A stretch of DNA of 64,000 bases. Source: an uncultured Bacilli bacterium. Lineage in GTDB: Bacteria > Bacillota_I > Bacilli_A > RF39 > UBA660. Position 1 is the stretch's first letter. The number at the start of each line of letters is the position of its first letter. The stretch covers positions 274,155 through 338,154 of the forward strand of contig CAXHRJ010000002.1 in the NCBI GenBank assembly GCA_964018915.1, read 5' to 3'. A program made the position numbers and the translations under genes. The notes below the pieces were generated by a model. That model had not been told where the DNA came from and did no database searches. It was given only the letters and a program-made list of their open reading frames with translations. Shown here in pieces: positions 31,567 to 40,474 of this stretch.

Positions 31567-31636
31567 GCGTCTTTTTTTGTATTTATTTTTGATAATATAT
31601 GATATAATTGGAATATGAAAATATGGGGAGGTATTT

Positions 31637-32230
31637 ATGAGTATGTTAATGGATCCAAAAACAACCTATATCGATGATACAGTTATATTGGGTGAAAACT
31701 GTACTATATATCCTAATGTTATGATTAAAGGAAATAGTGTTATTGGAAAAAATACTGTCATCTATATGGGTTCTTATATTGAAGACTCTATAATTGGAGA
31801 AAATAACATTATTTATACATCTTATATTATGAATAGTGCAATAGGCGATGATAATGTGATTGGGCCTTATGCACATATTCGTGCAGGGAATCATATTGCT
31901 AATAAAAATAAAATAGGTTCTTTTGTGGAACTTAAAAACAGTGACATAAAAAACAATGTTAAAATACCTCATTTAAGCTATGTTGGTGATACTTCTGTTG
32001 GTAATCATGTAAATATAGGCGCTGGTGTAAAAGTTGCAAATTATGACGGAAAAGAGAAGTATAGGACGGTTATTCATGATAAAGTTTTTGTGGGGTGTAA
32101 TTCGGTACTCGTTGCTCCAGTAACTTTGTCAAAGGAAAGTTATATAGCAGCTGGATCCATTATAACAGAAAATGTTCCTGAACATTCATTAGCAATCGCA
32201 AGAGAGAGGCAAATTAATAAGAACTTATAA
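31637..32230 (+). CDS. Hexapeptide-repeat (LbH) acetyltransferase homologous to the C-terminal GlcN-1-P acetyltransferase domain of GlmU; stand-alone, no uridylyltransferase domain
   Basis: Left-handed beta-helix repeats ending in a GlmU-like tail (NYDGKEKYRTVIHDKVFVGCNSVLVAPVTL...IAAGSIITENVPEHSLAIAR.RQ). No pyrophosphorylase domain upstream. Confidence 0.6.
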   Translation: MSMLMDPKTTYIDDTVILGENCTIYPNVMIKGNSVIGKNTVIYMGSYIEDSIIGENNIIYTSYIMNSAIGDDNVIGPYAHIRAGNHIANKNKIGSFVELKNSDIKNNVKIPHLSYVGDTSVGNHVNIGAGVKVANYDGKEKYRTVIHDKVFVGCNSVLVAPVTLSKESYIAAGSIITENVPEHSLAIARERQINKNL

Positions 32231-32262
32231 TTTGTCTTTTTGTTTGAGTAAGGAGGATAAGT

Positions 32263-32964
32263 GTGATAGAAACAATAATTTGTGATGATGACAAAAGTTG
32301 TAGAAATGCAGTAGCTAGTGTAGTAAAAGAATTTTTTAATGAAAAGAAAATATCTCATAAAATAGTGAAGTATGCAGATTATAATGAAAAGTTTATTCAA
32401 GATATTACACCAGGTGGTAAAAAGATTTATATCTTAGATATCGAAACTCCTAGTCGTTCAGGAATAGATATTGCTAGAATTATTAGAAAAAGAGATGTAG
32501 AAAGTATTATTATCTTTGTAACTGGTTATGAAGAATTTAGTAAATTAGTTTTAAAGAAAAATATTATGTGTTTATCATTTATTAATAAATTCGATCACTT
32601 AAATGAAAATTTAAAAGAATCATTGGAAGAATCTCTTCATTTCTTTGAAACTAATAAAGTGTTGAGAATTACAGACAATGGAATAACTTATAATATTCGT
32701 TTAAATACAATTCTATATTTTACCAGAGATAGTCTAGATAGAAGAACAATAATCAAATGTGATAAAACAGAATATAAATTAAAAATGACTTTGGCTGAAG
32801 TAAAAGAAATATTCGGAGATAAGTTTATTCAAACACATAGAAGTTGTTTTGTAAATGAACAAAGAATAGATACAATAGACCATAAGAATAAAATTATTAC
32901 ATTTGACAATGGTGTAACTATTGATTTATTATCTGATACTTATAGAAAGGAGTTGATGAGATGA
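32263..32964 (+). CDS. agrA: LytTR-family response regulator (AgrA-like)
   Basis: N-terminal receiver (acidic pocket CDDD; LDIETP Asp) plus a C-terminal LytTR domain (FIQTHRSCFVN). GTG start with an AGGAGG RBS. Overlaps the downstream kinase (ATGA). Confidence 0.8.
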   Translation: MIETIICDDDKSCRNAVASVVKEFFNEKKISHKIVKYADYNEKFIQDITPGGKKIYILDIETPSRSGIDIARIIRKRDVESIIIFVTGYEEFSKLVLKKNIMCLSFINKFDHLNENLKESLEESLHFFETNKVLRITDNGITYNIRLNTILYFTRDSLDRRTIIKCDKTEYKLKMTLAEVKEIFGDKFIQTHRSCFVNEQRIDTIDHKNKIITFDNGVTIDLLSDTYRKELMR

Positions 32965-34256
32965 AGTATGCTGTATCGTTTTTAATCATTCATTTGTGTT
33001 TTACTATTTCAATGGGATTATTAGCAAACGAAAAGATTAATCTAAAAAATAAACGGTTTTTACTGTCCTTTTTTGTCACATGGATTTTATTAGTTCTAAA
33101 CTTTGAATATTCTATATCTTCTATAAGAGTAATCCTTAATATAGGTATTTATATGTTATTGGCAAAATTATTATTTGACAAGAATTTTAAAGAGTCAATA
33201 ATATTGGGGATGTTAGTAACAATATTGGGAATATGTGCAGAGTTTGCATATGTTATAATAACATATCCAATTTTTCATTATAATTCAGTTTTAGAAGAAA
33301 AAATAAATATGGTGTTTGTTAATAATTTGGGAACAGGTATATTGATGATTCTTTTCTGTGTTTTAAAAAAAATTAGGAATCTATATGATATGGTTCTTTC
33401 ATCAACAAACAAAATTAGTGAAAAACACATAGCGCTTTTTTCTTTATTTATTGTTGCGATATTTAATTTTGTTAGCTTGATTTCATATTATATATCTAAA
33501 GATTTAATAGACAAGTTTTATTTTACTTTGATAGGGTCATTTTTATATGTTTTTAGTGCTATTCTAATTTTTCTCTATTTTAAGACACAAAGTAAATATT
33601 TAACTTTTTATGAGAAATATAATGTATCATTAGAAAGTATTAGAGAATTTGAAATGACGATAGAAAGATATAGGATCAATACTCATGAGAATAAAAATCA
33701 ATTTCGCACTATTAGAAATATGAGTAAGAATAAAAAGATTGTATCTTATATTGATGCACTGTTAACAGATAATATTAGTGATGATGAGAAGTTACTAATA
33801 GAAACTCAACGAATCCCAGCTGGTGGCTTAAGAGGAATAATTTATTCCAAGTTGTTATTGATGCAACAGGAAAATATTCCATTTGAATTGGTTATAGATA
33901 AAAAAATTACTATAGAAAAAACTAATAAAATAGATGATTATACTTTAACATCTGTTTGTAGAATTTTAGGAGTATTATTAGATAATGCTATTGAAGAGGT
34001 CAAAAAGTTGGATAATAAATATATAATGGTTGAATTATATGAAGAAGATAAAGATATAGTAATTTCTATTACAAATAATTATGAAGGGTATGTAGATATT
34101 GAAGCTATCAATAATCCTGGTATATCATCAAAAGGTAAGAATCATGGATATGGTCTATCTTTAGTTCAAAAATTAGTCAGAAAAAATAAAAAAATCCAAC
34201 AGAGTAGTGAATTTTTTGAGGATAATTTTATGCAAAAGTTAATAATAAAAGTGTAG
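32961..34256 (+). CDS. agrC: AgrC-like (HPK10 family) sensor histidine kinase
   Basis: Six or seven N-terminal TM helices. C-terminal GHKL ATPase region (LLDNAIEE N-box; GYGLSLV G-box). Confidence 0.8.
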   Translation: MKYAVSFLIIHLCFTISMGLLANEKINLKNKRFLLSFFVTWILLVLNFEYSISSIRVILNIGIYMLLAKLLFDKNFKESIILGMLVTILGICAEFAYVIITYPIFHYNSVLEEKINMVFVNNLGTGILMILFCVLKKIRNLYDMVLSSTNKISEKHIALFSLFIVAIFNFVSLISYYISKDLIDKFYFTLIGSFLYVFSAILIFLYFKTQSKYLTFYEKYNVSLESIREFEMTIERYRINTHENKNQFRTIRNMSKNKKIVSYIDALLTDNISDDEKLLIETQRIPAGGLRGIIYSKLLLMQQENIPFELVIDKKITIEKTNKIDDYTLTSVCRILGVLLDNAIEEVKKLDNKYIMVELYEEDKDIVISITNNYEGYVDIEAINNPGISSKGKNHGYGLSLVQKLVRKNKKIQQSSEFFEDNFMQKLIIKV

Positions 34257-34278
34257 AATTTCTACACTTTTTATTTGA
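34248..34278. terminator. Bidirectional terminator shared by convergent agrC and agrD
   Basis: GTGTAGA-att-TCTACAC hairpin with an A-run before and a T-run after. Confidence 0.5.
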
Positions 34279-34396
34279 TTAATGATTTAGGGCATTCTGG
34301 TTCGTCAACTGTAAAGAAAATTAAACAACCTACTTCACATGTACTTGCTACAAAAGCCCCAATGTGTGAAAGTATCCCAGCTAAAAATCCTAACAT
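34271..34396 (-). CDS. agrD: AgrD-like autoinducing-peptide precursor (41 aa; absent from the ORF track)
   Basis: MLGFLAGILSHIGAFVASTCEVGCLIFFTVDEPECPKSLIK. Amphipathic leader, Cys-containing core (CLIFF) and conserved C-terminal recognition motif (DEPECPKSL; compare C. perfringens ...CLWFTHQPEEPKSL). AGGAG RBS 7 nt before the ATG. Start overlaps the agrB stop. Confidence 0.8.
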   Translation of the reverse strand: MLGFLAGILSHIGAFVASTCEVGCLIFFTVDEPECPKSLIK

Positions 34397-35013
34397 ACTG
34401 CAACTCCTTCCTCTTTTTTGAGATAGTTCAAATAATTGTTATAAGGGAGTTTGAATATGCGATATGTTATAGGGGAAATCATGATATCTATTAATAGCAT
34501 GCTCATAAAAAAGCAATTTGATAAAAAGTTATTTGTTATAGAAATAGAGATGATTACGTATATGATTGCTGTCAGTGTTGCTAGTAATTTATGACGTAAT
34601 CTTTTTTGCTTATCTATAATTGGCCTTTTCTTCGTATCTGCAGGGCTGTTCTTGAAGATGAGAATGCTTGCTACTATTCCCAGTACATATTTTATCAGAA
34701 ATGGAACTCTCAAGTTCATTGCAACAAGTGGTATTCCCAGAAAAGCTACAGAAGATGTGATTAGACACACCCAGCTCTTCGTTGCATGTATACCATACGC
34801 ATTGTTTCTCAGAATTGCAAATATTATTAGGAAACACGCACATTCTCTTTGAATTTCTAGCAAATACGCTATTATTATGATAATAATTAGTTTTGTTATT
34901 GATAAATATACACCTGCTAATCCATATTCAATTTGTTCTAATTCCACATTTGTTAAATGTGGTTTTTCTTTTTTTATAAGTTTCATACAATTTCCTACAA
35001 AAACATTTCTCAT
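34390..35013 (-). CDS. agrB: AgrB-like membrane peptidase (AIP processing and export)
   Basis: Polytopic membrane protein of AgrB size with a basic cytoplasmic loop. Start MRNVF at 35013 has an AAAGGAG RBS. Directly upstream of agrD. Confidence 0.75.
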   Translation of the reverse strand: MRNVFVGNCMKLIKKEKPHLTNVELEQIEYGLAGVYLSITKLIIIIIIAYLLEIQRECACFLIIFAILRNNAYGIHATKSWVCLITSSVAFLGIPLVAMNLRVPFLIKYVLGIVASILIFKNSPADTKKRPIIDKQKRLRHKLLATLTAIIYVIISISITNNFLSNCFFMSMLLIDIMISPITYRIFKLPYNNYLNYLKKEEGVAVC

Positions 35014-35059
35014 ACTGCCTACTCCTTTATACGATTGAAATTGTAACATGAATGAATTT

Positions 35060-35150
35060 GTTTTAAAATAGAAAATGTTCCAAATACCTAAAATCGTGTT
35101 CGAAATGGTAGAAAGAGGATTTCAGACACGATTTTTTCCATTTCGAGCAC
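35060..35150. promoter_or_regulatory. agrBD promoter region with repeated AACA(CG)TTTT-type motifs and two crossing inverted repeats (candidate LytTR binding sites)
   Basis: A TACAAT -10 (minus strand, about 35040-35045) lacks a good -35. Upstream lie motifs AAAATGTTCC (35072-81) and AAAATCGTGTTCG (35090-102). The inverted repeats are AAAATCGTGT/ACACGATTTT and TCGAAATGG/CCATTTCGA. Confidence 0.35.
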
Positions 35151-35293
35151 AAAGTATTCCCATGGAGTTTAATTTATGATACGATGGTTGTGTTCTGCTA
35201 AAAATGTTGAAATTTGTAGTTTAGATTTTATGTTTTGAGCAGAAGATGTATGCTATAATTTATTTGTATTCAAAAAAGAAGGGAGATGTTAGT

Positions 35294-35509
35294 GTGATAA
35301 CAGGTAAGGTAAAATGGTTCAATAACGAAAAAGGTTATGGATTTATTGAGTACAAAGACATGGAAGATATTTTTGTACATTATTCAGCAATTTTATCAGA
35401 AGGATATAAAACATTAGTTGAAGGTCAATATGTCACTTTTGAATTAGTTAGAACTGATAAAGGTTTACAAGCTAAGAATGTAGTAGAAAATAAAACTGCG
35501 GTAGTTTAG
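35294..35509 (+). CDS. csp: Cold-shock protein (CspA family)
   Basis: [17 protein letters not shown] motifs. GTG start 35294 with an AGAAGGGAG RBS; the track's upstream extension is unlikely. Confidence 0.85.
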   Translation: MITGKVKWFNNEKGYGFIEYKDMEDIFVHYSAILSEGYKTLVEGQYVTFELVRTDKGLQAKNVVENKTAVV

Positions 35510-35568
35510 TAGTTTTTTTTTATTATCTAAATTGGAAAAGATGATATAATTAGAAATGAGGTGTTCCT

Positions 35569-36804
35569 ATGAAGAAAAAAGCTATAATTACAATGCTTAT
35601 CATTCCTGTTTTCGTAATAGTAATTTTTTTAGGAATTCATATTAAGAAAAAGATGGATATAAAAAGGGAAGAGGAGCGTATTAAGAACGCTAGAGTAGAG
35701 GTAACTCTTACTGAAGAATTGATAATTCCGTTTTTAGAGAAAAAGAAAGTATCTGATTTTATTATTAGTATTAATGGGGACATCATAGAAGATTATGAAA
35801 TAGATACTACTTCTTTAGGGAAGAAATCTATTTCGTTTGAATTTATTAATGATGAAGGAATAAAGATTCCTTATAACTTTGAAATAGAAGTTAAGGACGT
35901 AACTCCTCCTACTGTTTTATTAGGCGGTTCTTATAGGGTGAAAAAGGGCTCTACTTCCAAGTTTATGAATAATATTTTGTGTGGAGATGATTATGATAGT
36001 GATCCAAAATGTGAGGTAGTTGGAGATTATGATTTAAATAAAGAGGGAACTTATCCAGTTACTTTTAAAGCAACAGATAAAAGTGGGAATGTAACCGAAA
36101 AAAAATTTAATTTAATCGTTTATGTTCCAAAAAATGGTGGTGGAACTAGTACTACCAAACCTAAGAGAACAAATTTTTCAGATGTTGTAAAAGTGCATAA
36201 AAATGAGAATACTCGTATTGGAATAGATGTTTCTAAATGGCAAGGAGATATTGATTTTGATAAATTAAAGGATGCAGGAGTTGAGTTTGTTATCATTCGT
36301 ATAGGGACAACAGCTGGTATGGATGGAGAATATGTGATAGATCCTAAGTTCATTCAAAATATGGAAGGTGCTACTCGTGTAGGCATGGATGTAGGTCTTT
36401 ATTTTTATTCTTATGCTTATTCTAAAGAAAGTGCTTTAAAAGATGCGGAATGGGTAATAGAGCAGATAAAAGATTATGATATTTCATTACCAATTGCTTT
36501 TGATTGGGAAGAGTGGAATGATTTTAATAGTTTTCATATTAGCTTTTTTGAGCTTACAAATGCAGCTGATACCTTTTTAACTCGTTTAGAAGAAGAGGGG
36601 TATAAAGGTTATGTGTATAGTAGTAAATACTATTTAGAGAATGTTTGGTTAGAACATCGGCATGATATTTGGTTAGCCCATTATACAACAAATACAAATT
36701 ATAAAGGAAAGTATAGTATGTGGCAGCTTTGTAGCAATGGAAAAGTAGACGGTATTAAAGGCAATGTTGATATAGATGTATTATATTTAAATCAAAATAA
36801 TTAA
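35569..36804 (+). CDS. Membrane-anchored GH25 muramidase (lysozyme) with an Ig-like (DUF5011-type) domain
   Basis: N-terminal TM helix, an Ig-like segment (TPPTVLLGG...SGNVTEKKFNLIVY), then a GH25 signature (GIDVSKWQGDIDF, GLYFYSYA). Confidence 0.7.
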   Translation: MKKKAIITMLIIPVFVIVIFLGIHIKKKMDIKREEERIKNARVEVTLTEELIIPFLEKKKVSDFIISINGDIIEDYEIDTTSLGKKSISFEFINDEGIKIPYNFEIEVKDVTPPTVLLGGSYRVKKGSTSKFMNNILCGDDYDSDPKCEVVGDYDLNKEGTYPVTFKATDKSGNVTEKKFNLIVYVPKNGGGTSTTKPKRTNFSDVVKVHKNENTRIGIDVSKWQGDIDFDKLKDAGVEFVIIRIGTTAGMDGEYVIDPKFIQNMEGATRVGMDVGLYFYSYAYSKESALKDAEWVIEQIKDYDISLPIAFDWEEWNDFNSFHISFFELTNAADTFLTRLEEEGYKGYVYSSKYYLENVWLEHRHDIWLAHYTTNTNYKGKYSMWQLCSNGKVDGIKGNVDIDVLYLNQNN

Positions 36805-36830
36805 GAAGATTTCTTAATTATTTTTAATTT
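36800..36830 (+). terminator. Rho-independent terminator
   Basis: TTAAGAA-gat-TTCTTAA followed by a T-rich run. Confidence 0.5.
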
Positions 36831-36877
36831 GTAAATGCCAAGTTTTATGATATAATGGAGTTAGAAAGGATGATATT

Positions 36878-37408
36878 ATGAAATTTAATATTCATGGAAA
36901 GAAAGTTGAGGTTACAGAGCCAATCAAAAAATATATTGAGGAAAAGATTGGTAGACTAGACAAGTATTTCGAAAATCCAAGTGACGTTACAGCTACTGTG
37001 GTGGTAAGAATAAGGGGTATAGAACAAATTGTAGAGGTTACAATTCCTATCCAAAAAATGATATTGCGTGCGGAAGAAAGCCATAGTGATTTATATGCAG
37101 CGATTGATATTGTTTCTGATAAAGTGGAAAGACAAATCAGAAAGAATAAAACTCGTATGAATAAGAGAACTTCAAAAGGGGAAGAGTTAGGTTTTAACTT
37201 ATCTTTTGAAGATGTAAAAGATAATGAAGAATCTAGTGTTGTAAAGAGAAAAGAGATTGAGATGAAACCTATGAGTGAAGAAGAAGCGATTCTTCAAATG
37301 GAACTTTTAGGACATGAATTCTTTGTATTTAGAAATGTAGAATCTGGTGAAATTGACATTCTTTATATGAGAAAAGATGGCAATTACGGAATTATTGAAA
37401 CAAAATAG
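36878..37408 (+). CDS. hpf: Ribosome hibernation-promoting factor (long HPF)
   Basis: MKFNIHGKKVEVTEPIKKYIEEKIGRLDKYF... plus the C-terminal dimerisation domain. Confidence 0.85.
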   Translation: MKFNIHGKKVEVTEPIKKYIEEKIGRLDKYFENPSDVTATVVVRIRGIEQIVEVTIPIQKMILRAEESHSDLYAAIDIVSDKVERQIRKNKTRMNKRTSKGEELGFNLSFEDVKDNEESSVVKRKEIEMKPMSEEEAILQMELLGHEFFVFRNVESGEIDILYMRKDGNYGIIETK

Positions 37409-37432
37409 GCTTAAATGCCTATTTTTAATTGT
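37409..37432 (+). terminator. Rho-independent terminator (weak)
   Basis: TAGGC-ttaaa-GCCTA followed by TTTTTAA. Confidence 0.35.
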
Positions 37433-37519
37433 GAAAAATTCTTAAAAGTTAGGGGATATGCTATGATTTCTAAAGAATATTTGATAAAATAGATATGGAT
37501 ACAAAAAGGAGAATGGGAC

Positions 37520-40006
37520 ATGAAGTTTTTAAAGAAAATATTTGATCATGAATATAAACAATTAGAGAGATTTCGCAAGATTGCTGACCAAGTAATAGCA
37601 CTTGAAGATGAATATGCGAAATTATCTGATAAAAAATTAAAAGCAAAGACAGAGGAATTCAAAAAACGTTTAGAAGACGGAGAAACATTAGAAGATATTA
37701 AGGTAGAAGCATTTGCAACTGCAAGAGAGGCTGCTTTCCGTGTTATTGGAGAAAGAGCTTACTACGTTCAGATTTTAGGTGGTCTTGCTATTCACTATGG
37801 TAATATTGCAGAAATGAAGACTGGTGAAGGTAAAACTTTAACAGCTACTATGCCAGCCTATTTAAATGCGTTAACTGGTGAAGGTGTTCATATTATTACA
37901 GTTAATGAATATCTTGCTGGACGTGATGCAGAATGGATGGGGGAAGTATATCGCTTTTTAGGACTTACAGTAGGCGTTAACTATAGGGAATTAACTCCTA
38001 GTGAAAAGAAAGAGGCTTACAATTGCGATATTCTTTATTCAACAAATAATGAAATTGGATTTGATTATTTAAGGGATAATATGGTTATTAAAGCTTCTGA
38101 TAGAGTTGCTAGGCCATTTAATTTTGTTATTATTGATGAGGTTGACTCTGTATTAATTGATGAGGCAAGAACTCCACTTATTATTTCTGGTGGACATATG
38201 CAGTCTGCTAATTTATATATCCAAACAGATAAGTTTGTAAAAGGATTAAAAGAAAATGAGGGGTATATCTATGATGAGCAAACAAAGGCTACTATTTTAG
38301 ATCAAACTGGTATTGAAAAAGCAGAAAAAGCATTTAAGGTTAATAACTTATATGATATTGAAAATACTAATTTAGTTCATTTTATTAATCAAGCATTAAA
38401 AGCTAATTTTTCAATGAAGAAAGATTTTGATTATGTAGTGGAAGATGACAAAGTAATTATTGTAGATCCTTTTACTGGTCGTTTAATGCAAGGAAGATCT
38501 TATTCTGATGGTTTACATCAAGCAATTGAAGCTAAAGAGGGAGTTACTATTAATGAAGAAACTAAGACTTTAGCAACTATTACGTTCCAAAATTTATTCC
38601 GCATGTATAAAAAACTTGCTGGTATGACAGGTACTGCTAAAACAGAAGAAGAAGAGTTTAGAGATATTTATAATATGTATGTTATCTGTATTCCAACAAA
38701 TAAGCCAGTTTCTCGTAAAGATTATGGAGATTTGCTATTTGCAACACAAGAGGGAAAATTTAATGCGATTGTAAAAGAGATTAAAGAACGTCATGCAGCA
38801 GGACAACCAGTATTAGTTGGTACTGTTGCTGTAGAAACGAGTGAGCTTATTAGTGAAAAGTTAAAAAAGGCAAAAGTTCCTCATGAAGTATTAAATGCTA
38901 AAAATAATGCTCGTGAAGCTGAAATTATTGCTAAAGCTGGTGAAAAAGGCGCTGTAACAATAGCTACTAATATGGCAGGACGTGGAACAGATATTAAGAT
39001 TAATGATGAAGTTAAAGAATTAGGTGGTCTTTGCGTTATTGGTACAGAACGCCATGAATCACGCCGTATCGATAATCAGTTGCGTGGACGTTCTGGTCGT
39101 CAAGGAGATCCAGGATTCTCTCAATTCTGTGTATCTTTTGAAGATGATTTAATGGTTCGATTTGGTACTGATAAAGCAAAAGGATTACTTGCTAGAATGG
39201 GATTTGATGGGGAAGCTGCTATTCGTAATAAAATGCTTTCTAATTCTATTGAAGCAGCACAGAAACGTGTAGAAGGTAATAACTTTGATGTTCGTAAAAC
39301 ATTGCTAGAATATGATAATGTTATTAATGAACAAAGAGAAGTTATTTATGAAAAAAGAAATGAAATATTGGATTCTGAGTCTATTCATGAAACGATATTA
39401 GATAGTTTCCATAACTTTGTTGAAGATGTGTTCTATGAACATATGGAAGATGGAGATTTAAGTCAAGAAGATAGAGAAGAAATGGCTACTTATTTTACAG
39501 AAATGTTAGGAACAGAAATTTCAGCTGCTGAATATGAAGAAAAAGATTTAGATGCTGAAATTGAATATATTTATGGAAGATTAGTAGAAAACTATGAAAA
39601 TAAAATTGAAGAGGTTCCAACTGAAATAGTTAATGAGTTTGAGAAAGCTATTACGCTAAGGGTAATTGATACTTATTGGATGGAACATATCAATACAATG
39701 GCTCATTTAAGAGAAGGTATTTATTTACGTGGATATGCGCAAGAAAATCCATTACGTGCTTATAAGAGTGAAGGATATGAATTGTTTGATAATTTATTAG
39801 CACGTATTGACAGACAAGCTTCCATTTATTTATTAAAGGCTGAAGTAAGACAAAACGTAGAACGTAAGAAAGTAGCAGAAGGTGTTGCTAATAACGATTC
39901 CAATAAAGTAAAAAAGCAATCTCCAAAAAGAGTTGCGAAAGTAGGAAGAAATGACAAATGCCCTTGTGGCTCAGGTAAGAAATATAAGCAATGTTGTGGA
40001 AAATAA
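37520..40006 (+). CDS. secA: Preprotein translocase ATPase SecA
   Basis: DEAD-like motor motifs (MKTGEGKT; DEVDSVLIDEARTPLIIS) and a C-terminal zinc-binding tail (KCPCGSGKKYKQCCG). Confidence 0.95.
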   Translation: MKFLKKIFDHEYKQLERFRKIADQVIALEDEYAKLSDKKLKAKTEEFKKRLEDGETLEDIKVEAFATAREAAFRVIGERAYYVQILGGLAIHYGNIAEMKTGEGKTLTATMPAYLNALTGEGVHIITVNEYLAGRDAEWMGEVYRFLGLTVGVNYRELTPSEKKEAYNCDILYSTNNEIGFDYLRDNMVIKASDRVARPFNFVIIDEVDSVLIDEARTPLIISGGHMQSANLYIQTDKFVKGLKENEGYIYDEQTKATILDQTGIEKAEKAFKVNNLYDIENTNLVHFINQALKANFSMKKDFDYVVEDDKVIIVDPFTGRLMQGRSYSDGLHQAIEAKEGVTINEETKTLATITFQNLFRMYKKLAGMTGTAKTEEEEFRDIYNMYVICIPTNKPVSRKDYGDLLFATQEGKFNAIVKEIKERHAAGQPVLVGTVAVETSELISEKLKKAKVPHEVLNAKNNAREAEIIAKAGEKGAVTIATNMAGRGTDIKINDEVKELGGLCVIGTERHESRRIDNQLRGRSGRQGDPGFSQFCVSFEDDLMVRFGTDKAKGLLARMGFDGEAAIRNKMLSNSIEAAQKRVEGNNFDVRKTLLEYDNVINEQREVIYEKRNEILDSESIHETILDSFHNFVEDVFYEHMEDGDLSQEDREEMATYFTEMLGTEISAAEYEEKDLDAEIEYIYGRLVENYENKIEEVPTEIVNEFEKAITLRVIDTYWMEHINTMAHLREGIYLRGYAQENPLRAYKSEGYELFDNLLARIDRQASIYLLKAEVRQNVERKKVAEGVANNDSNKVKKQSPKRVAKVGRNDKCPCGSGKKYKQCCGK

Positions 40007-40029
40007 ATAGGTGACAGTGTGAAAGAACT

Positions 40030-40458
40030 ATGGATATGGATGGTAATGTAACTTACTTTGGTGAGTGGACAGAACAAATTGATAAACATAATCGTCGTCA
40101 AGTTCATGATTATAGTTTTGAAGATGATGTACTATCTAAAGACACATTTCGAAGATTAAATTTGAAATACGATAGAGAAATGGGATTCTTTGGAAAAGCC
40201 ATAGCCTTCGCTTTACAAGGCATGGTAGTTATGCAAAATAGGACGAGTCAGGGGATTAGTAGTTTTATAATGTATGCTTCAGAACAATTAACAGAGAAAC
40301 AAAAAGATAAATTTGTTGAACTGTATCCCCTTTTATCATCTTTTGCAGAAGTTAATGTTGTAATTCCTAAATCTGTATGTATTACAGATGAGGATACAAT
40401 CGATAGCGTAGATGATTATTATGAAATGTATGGTATTTTCCCTTCAAAAGTAAGATAG
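40030..40458 (+). CDS. Hypothetical protein (142 aa)
   Basis: ORF only; weak RBS; no motif recognised. Confidence 0.35.
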   Translation: MDMDGNVTYFGEWTEQIDKHNRRQVHDYSFEDDVLSKDTFRRLNLKYDREMGFFGKAIAFALQGMVVMQNRTSQGISSFIMYASEQLTEKQKDKFVELYPLLSSFAEVNVVIPKSVCITDEDTIDSVDDYYEMYGIFPSKVR

Positions 40459-40474
40459 TTTATGGGGAGCAAAT

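Noticed and set aside
31567-31636. Terminator after rplQ
   Set aside because: There is a T-run (GCGTCTTTTTTTG), but the only possible stem (GACGCTT/AAGCGTC) has a ~45-nt loop, so I did not call a terminator.
40007-40030. Expected prfB after secA
   Set aside because: No RF2-like ORF or programmed frameshift site (CUU UGA C) follows secA. This absence is one reason the 40030..46244 block is flagged as an insertion.
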